Below, one piece after another: positions 8,015 through 16,974 of a DNA stretch of 29,374 bases; the first letter of the stretch is position 1; every line of letters begins with the position of its first letter. A program made the translations under genes and the position numbers. The DNA is from a virus (Duplodnaviria > Caudoviricetes). The notes below the pieces were generated by a model. It did not search any database. It was not told the DNA's origin and saw only the letters and a program-made list of their open reading frames with translations. The stretch is taken from the IMG/VR virus record IMGVR_UViG_3300006428_000001, positions 1 through 29,374 of that record; one strand, written 5' to 3'.

Positions 8015-9951
8015 GGACAATAAGCATCGATATCGAAAGCTATAGTAGTGTAGACCTCGCCAAAAGCGGGGTCTACCGCTATATAGAATCATCTGACTTT
8101 GAGATCCTGCTCTTTGGATACTCCGTAGATGGTAGCGATATCGAGGTGATCGACCTTGCTAGTGGTGAAAAACTTCCTGAAGAAATACAATCAGCCCTCA
8201 CTGATCCATCCATTATTAAGTGGGCCTTTAATGCCCAGTTCGAAAGAATTTGTCTATCTAAATGGCTAGGCTTACCTAATGGTCAATACCTCAGCCCAAA
8301 ATCCTGGCGATGCACCATGGTCTGGTCTGCATATATGGGTTTACCCCTTTCTCTTGAAGGCAGTGGCGCTGTTCTTGGTCTTGAAAAGCAAAAACTATCT
8401 GAAGGGAAAGACCTGATCAGATACTTTTGTAAACCCTGTAACCCAACCGCCACAAATAGAGGTCGGTCGAGAAATCTACCAGTCCACGCTCCTGATAAAT
8501 GGTCTGAATTTAAGTCCTACAACCTTCGTGATGTCGAAGCTGAAATAGCCATCCAGGAAAAACTAACAAAATTTCCGGTGCCTGAAGAAGTGTGGAATGA
8601 ATACCATCTTGACCAGGAGATCAATGATCGTGGTGTTTCTTTGGATATGCCTTTTGTAAACGAGGCAATAAAGATGGATACTCGCTCTCGTTCAGAGCTC
8701 CTCCAGAAAATGAAAAGACTAACGGATCTTGATAACCCTAACTCCGTTGCACAGATGAAAAATTGGTTGTCAGACCAGGGCCTTGAAACAGACTCATTAG
8801 GAAAAAAAGTTGTTTCTGAACTCCTTGAAACAGCCCCTCCTGATCTTAAAGAAGTATTGGAGTTAAGACAATCACTGGCCAAGTCCTCCGTCAAAAAATA
8901 CTCTGCCATGGAAAACGCAGTGTGTGCCGATGGTCGTGCTCGAGGTATGTTTCAGTTCTATGGTGCTAATCGAACAGGTCGATGGGCAGGAAGAATTATT
9001 CAGCTTCAGAACCTTCCTCAAAACCACCTGCCCGATTTAGAACAAGCACGAGCCCTTGTGCGCTGCGGTGATTTTGAAGCTTTGGAAATACTTTTTGATT
9101 CCATACCCGAGGTTCTTTCTGAACTTATCCGCACCTCGTTCATTCCTACCCCTGGTCGCAAATTCATCATCGCAGACTTCTCTGCTATCGAAGCCAGAGT
9201 TATTGCATGGCTTGCCGGAGAAAAATGGCGTCAGCAAGTTTTCGAATCTGGCGGTGATATCTATTGTGCTTCTGCTTCTCAGATGTTTGATGTTCCTGTT
9301 GAAAAACATGGAGTCAATGGCCACTTAAGGCAAAAAGGTAAGATCGCAGAACTGGCCCTTGGTTATGGGGGATCTGTTGGTGCCCTTAAAGCCATGGGTG
9401 CCCTGGAGATGGGTCTAAATGAAGATGAACTACAACCCCTGGTTACAGCTTGGCGTACTACCAACCCAAATATTGTTAGGCTTTGGTGGGATGTAGATAA
9501 GGCTGCCATGAAAGCGGTTAGAGAACGGACGGTCACTGAAACACATGGTATACGGTTCTCTTATCAAAGTGGCATGCTCTTTATCAATCTCCCTTCTGGA
9601 AGAAGACTCTCCTATGTGAAACCGCGCATTGGCACAAACATGTTTGGTTCAGACTGTATCACCTATGAAGGCGTCAGTGGCACAAAAAAATGGGAACGCA
9701 TAGATAGCTATGGTCCAAAGTTTGTGGAGAACATCGTCCAGGCAACCAGTCGTGATCTTCTGTGTTATTCCATGCAAGCTCTCAAGGATTACAACATCGT
9801 CATTCATGTACATGATGAAATTGTCATCGAAGCTGGTATGGAAACATCCACTGAAACTATTTGCAATCAAATGGGCCACACTCCACCTTGGGCAAAGGGG
9901 CTCTTAATGAGAGCAGATGGTTATGAAACGAATTTCTATAAAAAAGATTAG
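8011..9951 (+). CDS. Phage family A DNA polymerase with 3'-5' exonuclease domain
   Basis: Exonuclease motifs IDIES and AFNAQFE; RTGRW; motif A DFSAIEARV; motif B RQKGKIAELALGYG; motif C HVHDE. TTG start overlaps the upstream stop. Confidence 0.95.
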   Translation: MRTISIDIESYSSVDLAKSGVYRYIESSDFEILLFGYSVDGSDIEVIDLASGEKLPEEIQSALTDPSIIKWAFNAQFERICLSKWLGLPNGQYLSPKSWRCTMVWSAYMGLPLSLEGSGAVLGLEKQKLSEGKDLIRYFCKPCNPTATNRGRSRNLPVHAPDKWSEFKSYNLRDVEAEIAIQEKLTKFPVPEEVWNEYHLDQEINDRGVSLDMPFVNEAIKMDTRSRSELLQKMKRLTDLDNPNSVAQMKNWLSDQGLETDSLGKKVVSELLETAPPDLKEVLELRQSLAKSSVKKYSAMENAVCADGRARGMFQFYGANRTGRWAGRIIQLQNLPQNHLPDLEQARALVRCGDFEALEILFDSIPEVLSELIRTSFIPTPGRKFIIADFSAIEARVIAWLAGEKWRQQVFESGGDIYCASASQMFDVPVEKHGVNGHLRQKGKIAELALGYGGSVGALKAMGALEMGLNEDELQPLVTAWRTTNPNIVRLWWDVDKAAMKAVRERTVTETHGIRFSYQSGMLFINLPSGRRLSYVKPRIGTNMFGSDCITYEGVSGTKKWERIDSYGPKFVENIVQATSRDLLCYSMQALKDYNIVIHVHDEIVIEAGMETSTETICNQMGHTPPWAKGLLMRADGYETNFYKKD

Positions 9952-9959
9952 CCCTTTTA

Positions 9960-10013
9960 TTACTCACAGGGGAGTTTTCTGTCCTGTGAGTAGTAGAAGG
10001 CACTTAAGCCTTC
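9960..10013 (+). promoter_or_regulatory. Conserved motif copy 3: TTACTCA-N13-TGTCCTGTG
   Basis: TTACTCA 9960-9966, TGTCCTGTG 9980-9988. TACTCACAGG/CCTGTGAGTA forms a perfect inverted repeat. Followed by a GAAGGC...GCCTTC hairpin and a GGAGG RBS. Confidence 0.6.
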
Positions 10014-10033
10014 AAGAAATGGAGGTAATAAAT

Positions 10034-10237
10034 ATGTTCTATGTAAAGCAAACAATCAACGACTCATTGGAAATCAGAGTAGAGATCCACGATGACAATG
10101 TCTTTACCACCTGCCCAGATTGCGGTGTTGAAATCTGTGTGGATATCTCGGAATTATTTAGTGATGGAGAAAGCGATCTTTATGGAACTTCGATTTTCTG
10201 TCCTGAGTGTAGTAAGTCAAGATTGGAGGCGTTCTAA
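10034..10237 (+). CDS. Small Zn-ribbon phage protein, 67 aa
   Basis: CPDC...CPEC; GGAGG RBS before ATG 10034. Confidence 0.8.
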   Translation: MFYVKQTINDSLEIRVEIHDDNVFTTCPDCGVEICVDISELFSDGESDLYGTSIFCPECSKSRLEAF

Positions 10238-10905
10238 TGAAAGAATTAATTCCAAAAGACAAATACGGGGTTTTTGCTGATGCTCGGGATATAGCTTGGG
10301 CAGATAGCTTATTTGTAGCAAATCACTTTGAAAAAGAACACTTTCATGTACTTCGTGATATATCCAAAATCACTGACTCCAATTCTGGATTGAGTAAAGA
10401 TTTCATTGAATCCAATTATGAGCTCTCCTATTACAAGGATAGTACAGGAAGAAAGCTACCTTGTTATATGATGACTCGCGATGGTTTTACAATGCTTGTT
10501 ATGGGATACACCGGTCAAAAGGCAATGCGATTCAAAGAGATTTACATCAAACGCTTCAACGCAATGGAAGAGTTCATCACAACTTTGGTTACAACTCGTA
10601 AGGATTTCCCTCTACTGACCGAAAACATAAAGCTGCTTCACGAAAAGCCTAAGCCTTATCACTTCAGTAATGAATGCGACATGATAAACCGTATTGTAAC
10701 AGGGATGTCTGCCAAGCAAATCAGACAAAAATATGGTCTTGAAAAAGGCACCAGCATCCGTCCATACCTAACCGATGACCAAGTTAAAATGCTCGAGACA
10801 CTTCAAAAAGTTGATATCGGACTACTTCTCTCCGTTCCAGACTATGAACAGCGCAAGCGATACCTGGAATGGTACAAGATGAAGATTTCCGATAAGCCAG
10901 CATAA
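10237..10905 (+). CDS. rha: Rha family phage regulatory protein
   Basis: SLFVANHFEKEHFHVLRDI...YYKDSTGRKLPCYMMTRDGFTMLVMGYTGQKAMRFKEIYIKRFNAME is the Rha domain. Confidence 0.92.
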   Translation: MKELIPKDKYGVFADARDIAWADSLFVANHFEKEHFHVLRDISKITDSNSGLSKDFIESNYELSYYKDSTGRKLPCYMMTRDGFTMLVMGYTGQKAMRFKEIYIKRFNAMEEFITTLVTTRKDFPLLTENIKLLHEKPKPYHFSNECDMINRIVTGMSAKQIRQKYGLEKGTSIRPYLTDDQVKMLETLQKVDIGLLLSVPDYEQRKRYLEWYKMKISDKPA

Positions 10906-10920
10906 AGGGAGGTTCTACTA

Positions 10921-11343
10921 ATGGGAATTGATAAATTCAACGCTGAAGGTTACTACGACCCCACTGCTTATGACGCCTTAACTAAAATCGAACAAAGAGA
11001 AAAGGCTGCCAGAGCCTTCCGGCCTCTTGTGTATATCTGCTCACCCTATTCCGGTGATATTGATAGAAACACGGATTCCGCCAGACGCTATAGCAGGTTC
11101 GTGGTGGTGATGGGCTATATCCCCATCGCTCCGCATCTTCTTTTCACTCAGTTTCTTGATGACAGTGATCCTGATGAACGAGAACTTGGTTTGTTCTTTG
11201 GAAATGTACTGATGTCAAAGTGCTCCGAGGTTTGGGTATTTGGCAGTCACATTTCCGCAGGCATGAGATCAGAGATCAACTGGGCAAAACGCAAAAACTA
11301 CCCAATTCGCTACTTTTCATCTCAGTGTAAGGAGGTCATTTAG
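10921..11343 (+). CDS. DUF4406-like (nucleoside deoxyribosyltransferase-fold) phage protein
   Basis: LVYICSPYSGD, PIAPHL and CSEVWVFG...SAGMRSEI motifs. Confidence 0.75.
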   Translation: MGIDKFNAEGYYDPTAYDALTKIEQREKAARAFRPLVYICSPYSGDIDRNTDSARRYSRFVVVMGYIPIAPHLLFTQFLDDSDPDERELGLFFGNVLMSKCSEVWVFGSHISAGMRSEINWAKRKNYPIRYFSSQCKEVI

Positions 11344-11347
11344 ATTT

Positions 11348-11956
11348 ATGAAAAAGATAAAAGCAATACAAACTGAATACAAAGGCTACCTCTTCAGGTC
11401 AAGGCTTGAGGCCCGCTGGGCAGTATTCTTCGATTTTTGTGGTATTGATTATGAGTATGAACCTGAAGGATATAACCTGGGAAATGGGTTGACTTATCTT
11501 CCAGACTTTCTTCTTCACGGCGTAGACGGCAGATCTGGTGGCGATCTTTACGTTGAGGTCAAGGGCCAGATGACCGATGCTGATGCAGATAAAATCAACC
11601 GTTTTTATGAGCTGGGAAAAGATGACCCTGGTACTTACGGGAAGTCCCAGACAGCCATCCTTGTGGTTGGGAATATTCCAAGTGGTGCAGATATTGATGA
11701 CATATTATGGTCCATAGAAAATGAAGCTTACAATGACAACGGCAATTGGCCCAATAAGTACAACTTCGAAACTATCGATGGGGACTATTTTGCGGCATAT
11801 CCTGGGATAAACCATAAAGGAAAATTTGAACTCTTCGGTGATGACAGCAACTATCTTTGTGATATGGATTCTAGAGCAACAGAAAAAGCCTATCGTGCTG
11901 CTAGACAGGCCAGATTTGAACACGGAGAAAGACCTCGTACGAAGGGAGGTTATTAA
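11348..11956 (+). CDS. Putative PD-(D/E)XK endonuclease
   Basis: FRSRLEARWAVFFD...YEYEPE...YLPDF...YVEVKG. Confidence 0.75.
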   Translation: MKKIKAIQTEYKGYLFRSRLEARWAVFFDFCGIDYEYEPEGYNLGNGLTYLPDFLLHGVDGRSGGDLYVEVKGQMTDADADKINRFYELGKDDPGTYGKSQTAILVVGNIPSGADIDDILWSIENEAYNDNGNWPNKYNFETIDGDYFAAYPGINHKGKFELFGDDSNYLCDMDSRATEKAYRAARQARFEHGERPRTKGGY

Positions 11957-11957
11957 A

Positions 11958-14306
11958 GTGAGAAAACTAGCCATTGCCTACGGGAACAGCCGACAGGCAA
12001 AGAAGTGGGTCAACAAAGAAATCACATTTGATGAACTAAAAGATAGGTTGAAGACCACAATCCGAACGACAGAATCCGCAGAAGAATATGCCAAATTCAG
12101 CAAGGCTCAAAAGGATGATGCAAAAGATCATGGTGGCTTTGTTGCAGGAGTACTAAAAGGCGGTCGCAGGAAAATCGATACCGTGGAGCTTCGCTCAATG
12201 ATTGCCTTAGATGGTGACCGTATTGATAAAGAGTTTCTTAAAAACTATGAATCGAATGCCCAGTATACCTCTGTTCTTTATTCAACCCATAGCAGTACTG
12301 ATGAGAATCCAAGGGTCCGCATTATCTTGCCTCTAACAAGAGATGTGACACCAGAAGAGTTTGTAGCAGTTTCAAGATACCTTGCTCAGATGCTCGGCAT
12401 CGATTATTTCGATGAATGCTCCTATCTGCCAAACCAGCTGATGTACTGGCCCAGTACGCCATCCAACGGAAACTTCATCTATAAGGAAGTGGATAAGGAC
12501 TGGCTTAATCCAGATGATATTTTAGCTTCTCATCCCGAATGGACAGATCCTACAAGACTTCCGACTTCATCTAGGGAGAGCAAGGCAAATACAGTTTCGC
12601 ATCAGAAGGTACAGGATCCTATTGAAAAGGAGGGTGTTGTCGGGCTTTTCAATAGAGTCTACTTTCCTGTAACAAAAGCAATCGATGAGTTTTTGTCAGA
12701 TGTGTACGAGCCAACAGAAAATGAGGACCGCTACCATTTTATAGAGTCAAGCAGTATGGCGGGTGTTGAAATCAAGGAAGGTGGAAAGTTCGTCTACAGC
12801 CATCATGCCAAGGACCCGGCCTACCTTAAATTATGCAACGCCTTTGACGTCGTCCGCATCCATAAGTTTGGTGATGACGATGCTAAGAAATCCTTCAAGA
12901 GTATGTGCGATTTTGCCATGAAGATTGATGAAGTGAAAGTCTTTGCTACCAATGAAAAACTTGCAGAAGCTGAAGTGGATTTCACAGATCTTGGTGACGA
13001 CTGGAAAGAAAAACTAAAGTATCAGCCCCGAAGTCAAGTACTCGAAAACAGCGTATACAACTTAAACCTTATCCTGAATCATGATCCTGATTTTAAGAAT
13101 TTTGCATTCAACGAGTTATCAAACCGCATTCAGGTCACTGGACCACTTCCGTGGGAAAGACCGGAAGGTAACGTGTTTTGGAGAGACGCCGACACAGCCC
13201 AGCTCAAGTCCATTATGGATATTCGCTACCTTCCGTTCTCAAGCAGAAACCACGATGTTGCCTTTACCAAGGTTGCTGATGATCGGAGATTCCACCCTAT
13301 AAGGGATTATCTTGATTCCCTTCCTGCGTGGGATGGAGTAAAACGTGTGGAAGATGTTTTCATCAAATATCTTCAGGCTAATGACACTGAGTATATTCGG
13401 ACTGTGACTAGAAAGACCTTTGCAGCAGCAGTTGCGCGGATATATGTTCCAGGAATTAAGTTTGACTGCGTTCCAGTGCTTGATGGTGATCAGGGTATTG
13501 GCAAAAGCACAATTTTGAAAGACCTGGTAACAGCGGACTTCTATTCTGAAACTCTATCCCTTACTGATATGGATGACAAGTCAGGTGCAGAAAAACTACA
13601 AGGATTCTGGGTGGTTGAAATTGGTGAACTTGCCGGTATGAAAAAAGCCGACATTGAAAAAGTGAAAGCTTTCCTCTCAACCTCAGATGATAAATACAGA
13701 CCGTCTTATGGAAGAGTTGTTGAAAGTCACCCAAGGCAATGCATAGTCATTGCAACGGTAAATGGAGAACGTGGATATTTGCGTGACATTACAGGAAACC
13801 GTCGCTTCTGGATCATCAAGGTACATCAGAAAAAGCAAAAAAAGACATGGAACTTCACTGAAGAATATAGGCTCCAGTTCTGGTCGGAAGCCAAAGAAAT
13901 ATGGAGTTCAGGCGAAAAACTATATCTCGAGGGTGACGTTTTAGATGAGGCTGAAAAGGCCCAGAAGGGAGCCATGGAGGCTGATGAGCGTGTTGGCATG
14001 GTTGAAGAGTACCTGAATACCTTACTGCCAGATGATTGGGACAGCATGGATTTGTTTGCCCGTAGAAACTACCTAAGTGGAACCGAATTTGGCAGGCCAG
14101 TGCATGCAGGTACTGTTGCTCGAACCTTTGTAAGTAATGCTGAGATATGGTGTGAATGCTTCAATCGCAACCTCTCTGAACTAAAGACAACGGATAGCTA
14201 TCAGATTGCAGCACTTATGGCTCAGATTCCCGGATGGGAACGAACCAGCAGTATCAGGCGTTTGCCCATATATGGTAGGCAGCGACTTTATCAATATGGC
14301 GGATAA
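11958..14306 (+). CDS. VapE-family primase/helicase (N-terminal primase-polymerase-like domain, C-terminal P-loop ATPase)
   Basis: LDGD and YSTHS primase-like motifs; Walker A GDQGIGKS; VVEIGEL; DITGNRRFW. GTG start at 11958 follows GGGAGG. Confidence 0.9.
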   Translation: MRKLAIAYGNSRQAKKWVNKEITFDELKDRLKTTIRTTESAEEYAKFSKAQKDDAKDHGGFVAGVLKGGRRKIDTVELRSMIALDGDRIDKEFLKNYESNAQYTSVLYSTHSSTDENPRVRIILPLTRDVTPEEFVAVSRYLAQMLGIDYFDECSYLPNQLMYWPSTPSNGNFIYKEVDKDWLNPDDILASHPEWTDPTRLPTSSRESKANTVSHQKVQDPIEKEGVVGLFNRVYFPVTKAIDEFLSDVYEPTENEDRYHFIESSSMAGVEIKEGGKFVYSHHAKDPAYLKLCNAFDVVRIHKFGDDDAKKSFKSMCDFAMKIDEVKVFATNEKLAEAEVDFTDLGDDWKEKLKYQPRSQVLENSVYNLNLILNHDPDFKNFAFNELSNRIQVTGPLPWERPEGNVFWRDADTAQLKSIMDIRYLPFSSRNHDVAFTKVADDRRFHPIRDYLDSLPAWDGVKRVEDVFIKYLQANDTEYIRTVTRKTFAAAVARIYVPGIKFDCVPVLDGDQGIGKSTILKDLVTADFYSETLSLTDMDDKSGAEKLQGFWVVEIGELAGMKKADIEKVKAFLSTSDDKYRPSYGRVVESHPRQCIVIATVNGERGYLRDITGNRRFWIIKVHQKKQKKTWNFTEEYRLQFWSEAKEIWSSGEKLYLEGDVLDEAEKAQKGAMEADERVGMVEEYLNTLLPDDWDSMDLFARRNYLSGTEFGRPVHAGTVARTFVSNAEIWCECFNRNLSELKTTDSYQIAALMAQIPGWERTSSIRRLPIYGRQRLYQYGG

Positions 14307-14307
14307 A

Positions 14308-14440
14308 GAACACGACACAACACAAGATTTTCCCTTATATTCAAAATGCTTTTTCTTAAAAGTAGATAGGAAATGCCTGTGCACGTACACGCGCGTTAGT
14401 AAATATAGGGGAACGCTTGTGAATTTGTGTTTCTTGTGTC
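14308..14440. repeat. Imperfect inverted repeat with CACAA/TTGTG iterons, candidate replication origin
   Basis: Left arm ...ACACAACACAAGATTTTCCCTTATATT; right arm AATATAGGGGAACGCTTGTGAATTTGTGTTTCTTGTGTC; lies directly after the primase/helicase gene. Confidence 0.55.
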
Positions 14441-14457
14441 AGATGGGAGGTAAAAAA

Positions 14458-14745
14458 GTGACTGAAAAAAACATCGAACAAAAGCTGGTAAAAGCAGTGA
14501 AAGCCTTGGGAGGCTTACCACTAAAATTTGTTAGTCCGGGTTTTGATGGTATGCCGGACCGTATGGTACTCCTCCCCATGGGAAGAATCGCCTTTGTTGA
14601 AGTCAAAGCACCTGGGAAGAAACCTAGGCCCTTACAACTGGCAAGACATAAGCTCCTTCGCGATCTTGGCTTCAAGGTTTATGTGCTTGATAGTGTAGCA
14701 GGAATAGAGAAAATATTATCCGATATGGGAGGTGATGCCAAATGA
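14458..14745 (+). CDS. VRR-NUC domain nuclease
   Basis: EKNIEQKL...KFVSPGFDGMPDR...FVEVKAPG...Q; GTG start follows GGGAGG. Confidence 0.92.
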   Translation: MTEKNIEQKLVKAVKALGGLPLKFVSPGFDGMPDRMVLLPMGRIAFVEVKAPGKKPRPLQLARHKLLRDLGFKVYVLDSVAGIEKILSDMGGDAK

Positions 14746-16111
14746 AGTTCATACCACATGATTATCAGCAATACGCAAGTGCCTACATTGAAAACAACCC
14801 CATTGCTGCAATATTTCTTGATATGGGCTTGGGTTAGGAAAAACTGCGCTGACCCTCACCTCCATAAGCAATTTACTCTTTGACAGCTTTAAGGTTCATA
14901 AAGTTTTGGTGGTTGCCCCTCTTCGTGTTGCAAGAGATACCTGGCCCCAAGAACTGGAGAAATGGTCACACCTCGATCATCTAATCTGGTCTGTGGCTGT
15001 AGGTACTGAATCAGAAAGAAAAGCTGCACTTTTGAAAAAAGCTGATATCTACATCATCAACAGAGAAAATGTCCAGTGGCTTGTGGAAGACAGCGGTATC
15101 CCTTTTAACTATGACATGGTGATTATCGACGAGCTTTCATCATTTAAGAATCACAAGGCTAAGAGATTTAAAGCCTTGATGAAAGTTCGTCCCCGCATTA
15201 AGCGGATGGTGGGTTTAACTGGTACTCCTACTGGAAACGGACTCATGGATTTATGGGCTGAGTTTAGGCTTCTGGATATGGGTAAACGACTGGGAAGATT
15301 CATAGGCAAGTATCGTGACGACTACTTTATTCCAGATAAGCGTAATGGCCAGATCATCTTTAGTTACAAACCTCTACCCTTTGCAGAGGATGCCATCTAT
15401 CGACAGATTTCAGACATTACCATATCCATGAAATCCACTGACCATTTGAAGATGCCAGAACTCATTAGTTCAGAGTATCCAGTAAAGCTCTCAGAACCAG
15501 AACGAAAACGCTATGAAGAATTAAAGCGTGACCTGGTCCTTCAGCTTCCCGGTGGAGATGTCACCGCAGCCAATGCTGCTTCTCTTTCTGGTAAACTGTC
15601 TCAAATGGCCAACGGAGCTGTCTACTCAGATACCCAAGAGATTATACGGATCCATGATAGAAAGCTGGATGCATTAGAAGATCTAATTGAAGCCGCTAAT
15701 GGAAAACCCGTCCTGGTTGCCTACTGGTTTAGGCATGATCTTGAGCGCATCACAGAAAGGCTGCAGCACAATAAAATAAAGTTCTCTCGCCTTGATTCTT
15801 CTGAAAGTATTCGGAGCTGGAACAGTGGTGAATTACCAGTAGCTTTAATCCACCCCGCTTCTGCAGGACATGGCCTGAATCTTCAAGAAGGCGGCTCCAC
15901 CCTTATATGGTTTGGCCTGACTTGGAGCTTGGAACTCTACCAGCAAACCAATGCCCGCCTATGGAGACAGGGACAAACAGAAAATACCGTTGTTGTTCAA
16001 CACATCATTACCAAGGACACCATCGATGGCCGTATCCTTAAAGCACTAAGAGAAAAGAACAGCACCCAAGCTGCACTAATCAATGCCGTAAAGGCAGATC
16101 TGAAAATCTGA
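14742..16111 (+). CDS. Phage SNF2/DEAD-like helicase, frame disrupted within Walker A (recoded gene or pseudogene)
   Basis: 14742-14837 encodes MKFIPHDYQ...FLDMGLG*. The other frame resumes GKTALTL... at 14837 and stays open to 16111 with IIDELS, GLTGTP, GHGLNLQ and QTNARLWRQG. Confidence 0.85.
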
Positions 16112-16170
16112 GACAACCTATGACAATCCTCGCCAATCCGAGTGAAATCTAAAATATTCGGAGGGCTGAT

Positions 16171-16599
16171 ATGAATAAACAAAACGCAAGAGAATACTTC
16201 TCAAAAGCTTATCGCATTGACCATCGGATCCGTAGTAAGTTTGAACAATTGGAATCTTTAAATGCACTAGCCACAAGAGCCACATCGACTTTGAGTGCAA
16301 TGCCAAGAAATCCGAACCGCTCAACATCAACGATGGCTGATGTGATTGCCAGAATCATCGACCTGCAGGAAGAAATCAATCAGGACATCATTCGCCTTGT
16401 AGATTCGAAACGTGAAATCATGACCATCATCAAATCCATAGAAAACTCTGAGTACCAGACGCTTCTTGAGAAGCGCTACCTTTGTTTTCTAACCTGGGAA
16501 AAGATCGCAGTGGATATGTGTTACACCATCCACCATCTCTACAAAATGCATAACGCCGCCTTGGAAGTTTGCAGTAAGATTTTAAATCAGGATACCTAA
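16171..16599 (+). CDS. RinA/ArpU-like (DUF1492) late transcriptional activator
   Basis: AREYFSKAYRID...LLEKRYL...TWEKIAVDMCYTIHHLYKMHNAAL HTH; last gene before the packaging module. Confidence 0.85.
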   Translation: MNKQNAREYFSKAYRIDHRIRSKFEQLESLNALATRATSTLSAMPRNPNRSTSTMADVIARIIDLQEEINQDIIRLVDSKREIMTIIKSIENSEYQTLLEKRYLCFLTWEKIAVDMCYTIHHLYKMHNAALEVCSKILNQDT

Positions 16600-16642
16600 A
16601 ACCATAGAATGATACCCACCGCATGTGATTATATGTAAAATG
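16590..16642 (+). promoter_or_regulatory. Late-promoter-like repeat, copy 1
   Basis: GGATACC-n6-CATAGAATGATACC...TGTGnTTATATnTAAAnTG; near-identical copy 260 bp downstream. Confidence 0.6.
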
Positions 16643-16655
16643 GAGGTTACTAAAA

Positions 16656-16847
16656 ATGAGCTACCGTGAAGCTAAAGAAGACAACATCAGAATCTCTAAA
16701 GCTGGAAGAATGACCTACTACTTCCCCCACTGCCGCTTCTGTGGTGATGAAGTAAGATCCTTAAACTATCTTAGGGACAGACACTATGTCTGTAAAGAAT
16801 GTAAGCCCCACAAAGAAATCTTATTAAAAACTGGCATCTTTGATTAG
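16656..16847 (+). CDS. Small Zn-finger protein, 63 aa
   Basis: CRFC...CKEC; GGAGG RBS; lies between the two repeats. Confidence 0.75.
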   Translation: MSYREAKEDNIRISKAGRMTYYFPHCRFCGDEVRSLNYLRDRHYVCKECKPHKEILLKTGIFD

Positions 16848-16849
16848 AT

Positions 16850-16902
16850 GGATACCAAATAACATAGAATGATACCTACGATGTGTGCTTATATATAAAG
16901 TG
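16850..16902 (+). promoter_or_regulatory. Late-promoter-like repeat, copy 2
   Basis: GGATACCAAATAACATAGAATGATACCTACGATGTGTGCTTATATATAAAGTG. Confidence 0.6.
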
Positions 16903-16917
16903 AGCCACAATGTAAAC

Positions 16918-16953
16918 AAGCCTTCATGGGAACACCCCACGAGGGCTTTTCTT
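16918..16953 (+). terminator. Terminator-like hairpin in the leader of the HNH/packaging operon
   Basis: AAGCCTTCATGGG-AACAC-CCCACGAGGGCTT followed by TTCTT. Confidence 0.5.
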
Positions 16954-16974
16954 ATGCCCAAAGGAGGTGAACCC

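Noticed and set aside
11958-14306. Virulence role for VapE or for the 21112-21795 protein
   Set aside because: These are legacy family labels. VapE motifs and context indicate phage replication, and nothing in the sequence supports virulence.
14206-14457. N-terminal extensions in the ORF track (VRR-NUC here; also ORFs starting at 5937, 7331, 9917, 11826, 16885, 21653)
   Set aside because: They overlap upstream genes or regulatory DNA; better RBS-supported starts lie downstream.
14906-16111. The 401-aa ORF as a complete standalone helicase
   Set aside because: It lacks Walker A; the N-terminus is encoded from 14742 in a different frame.
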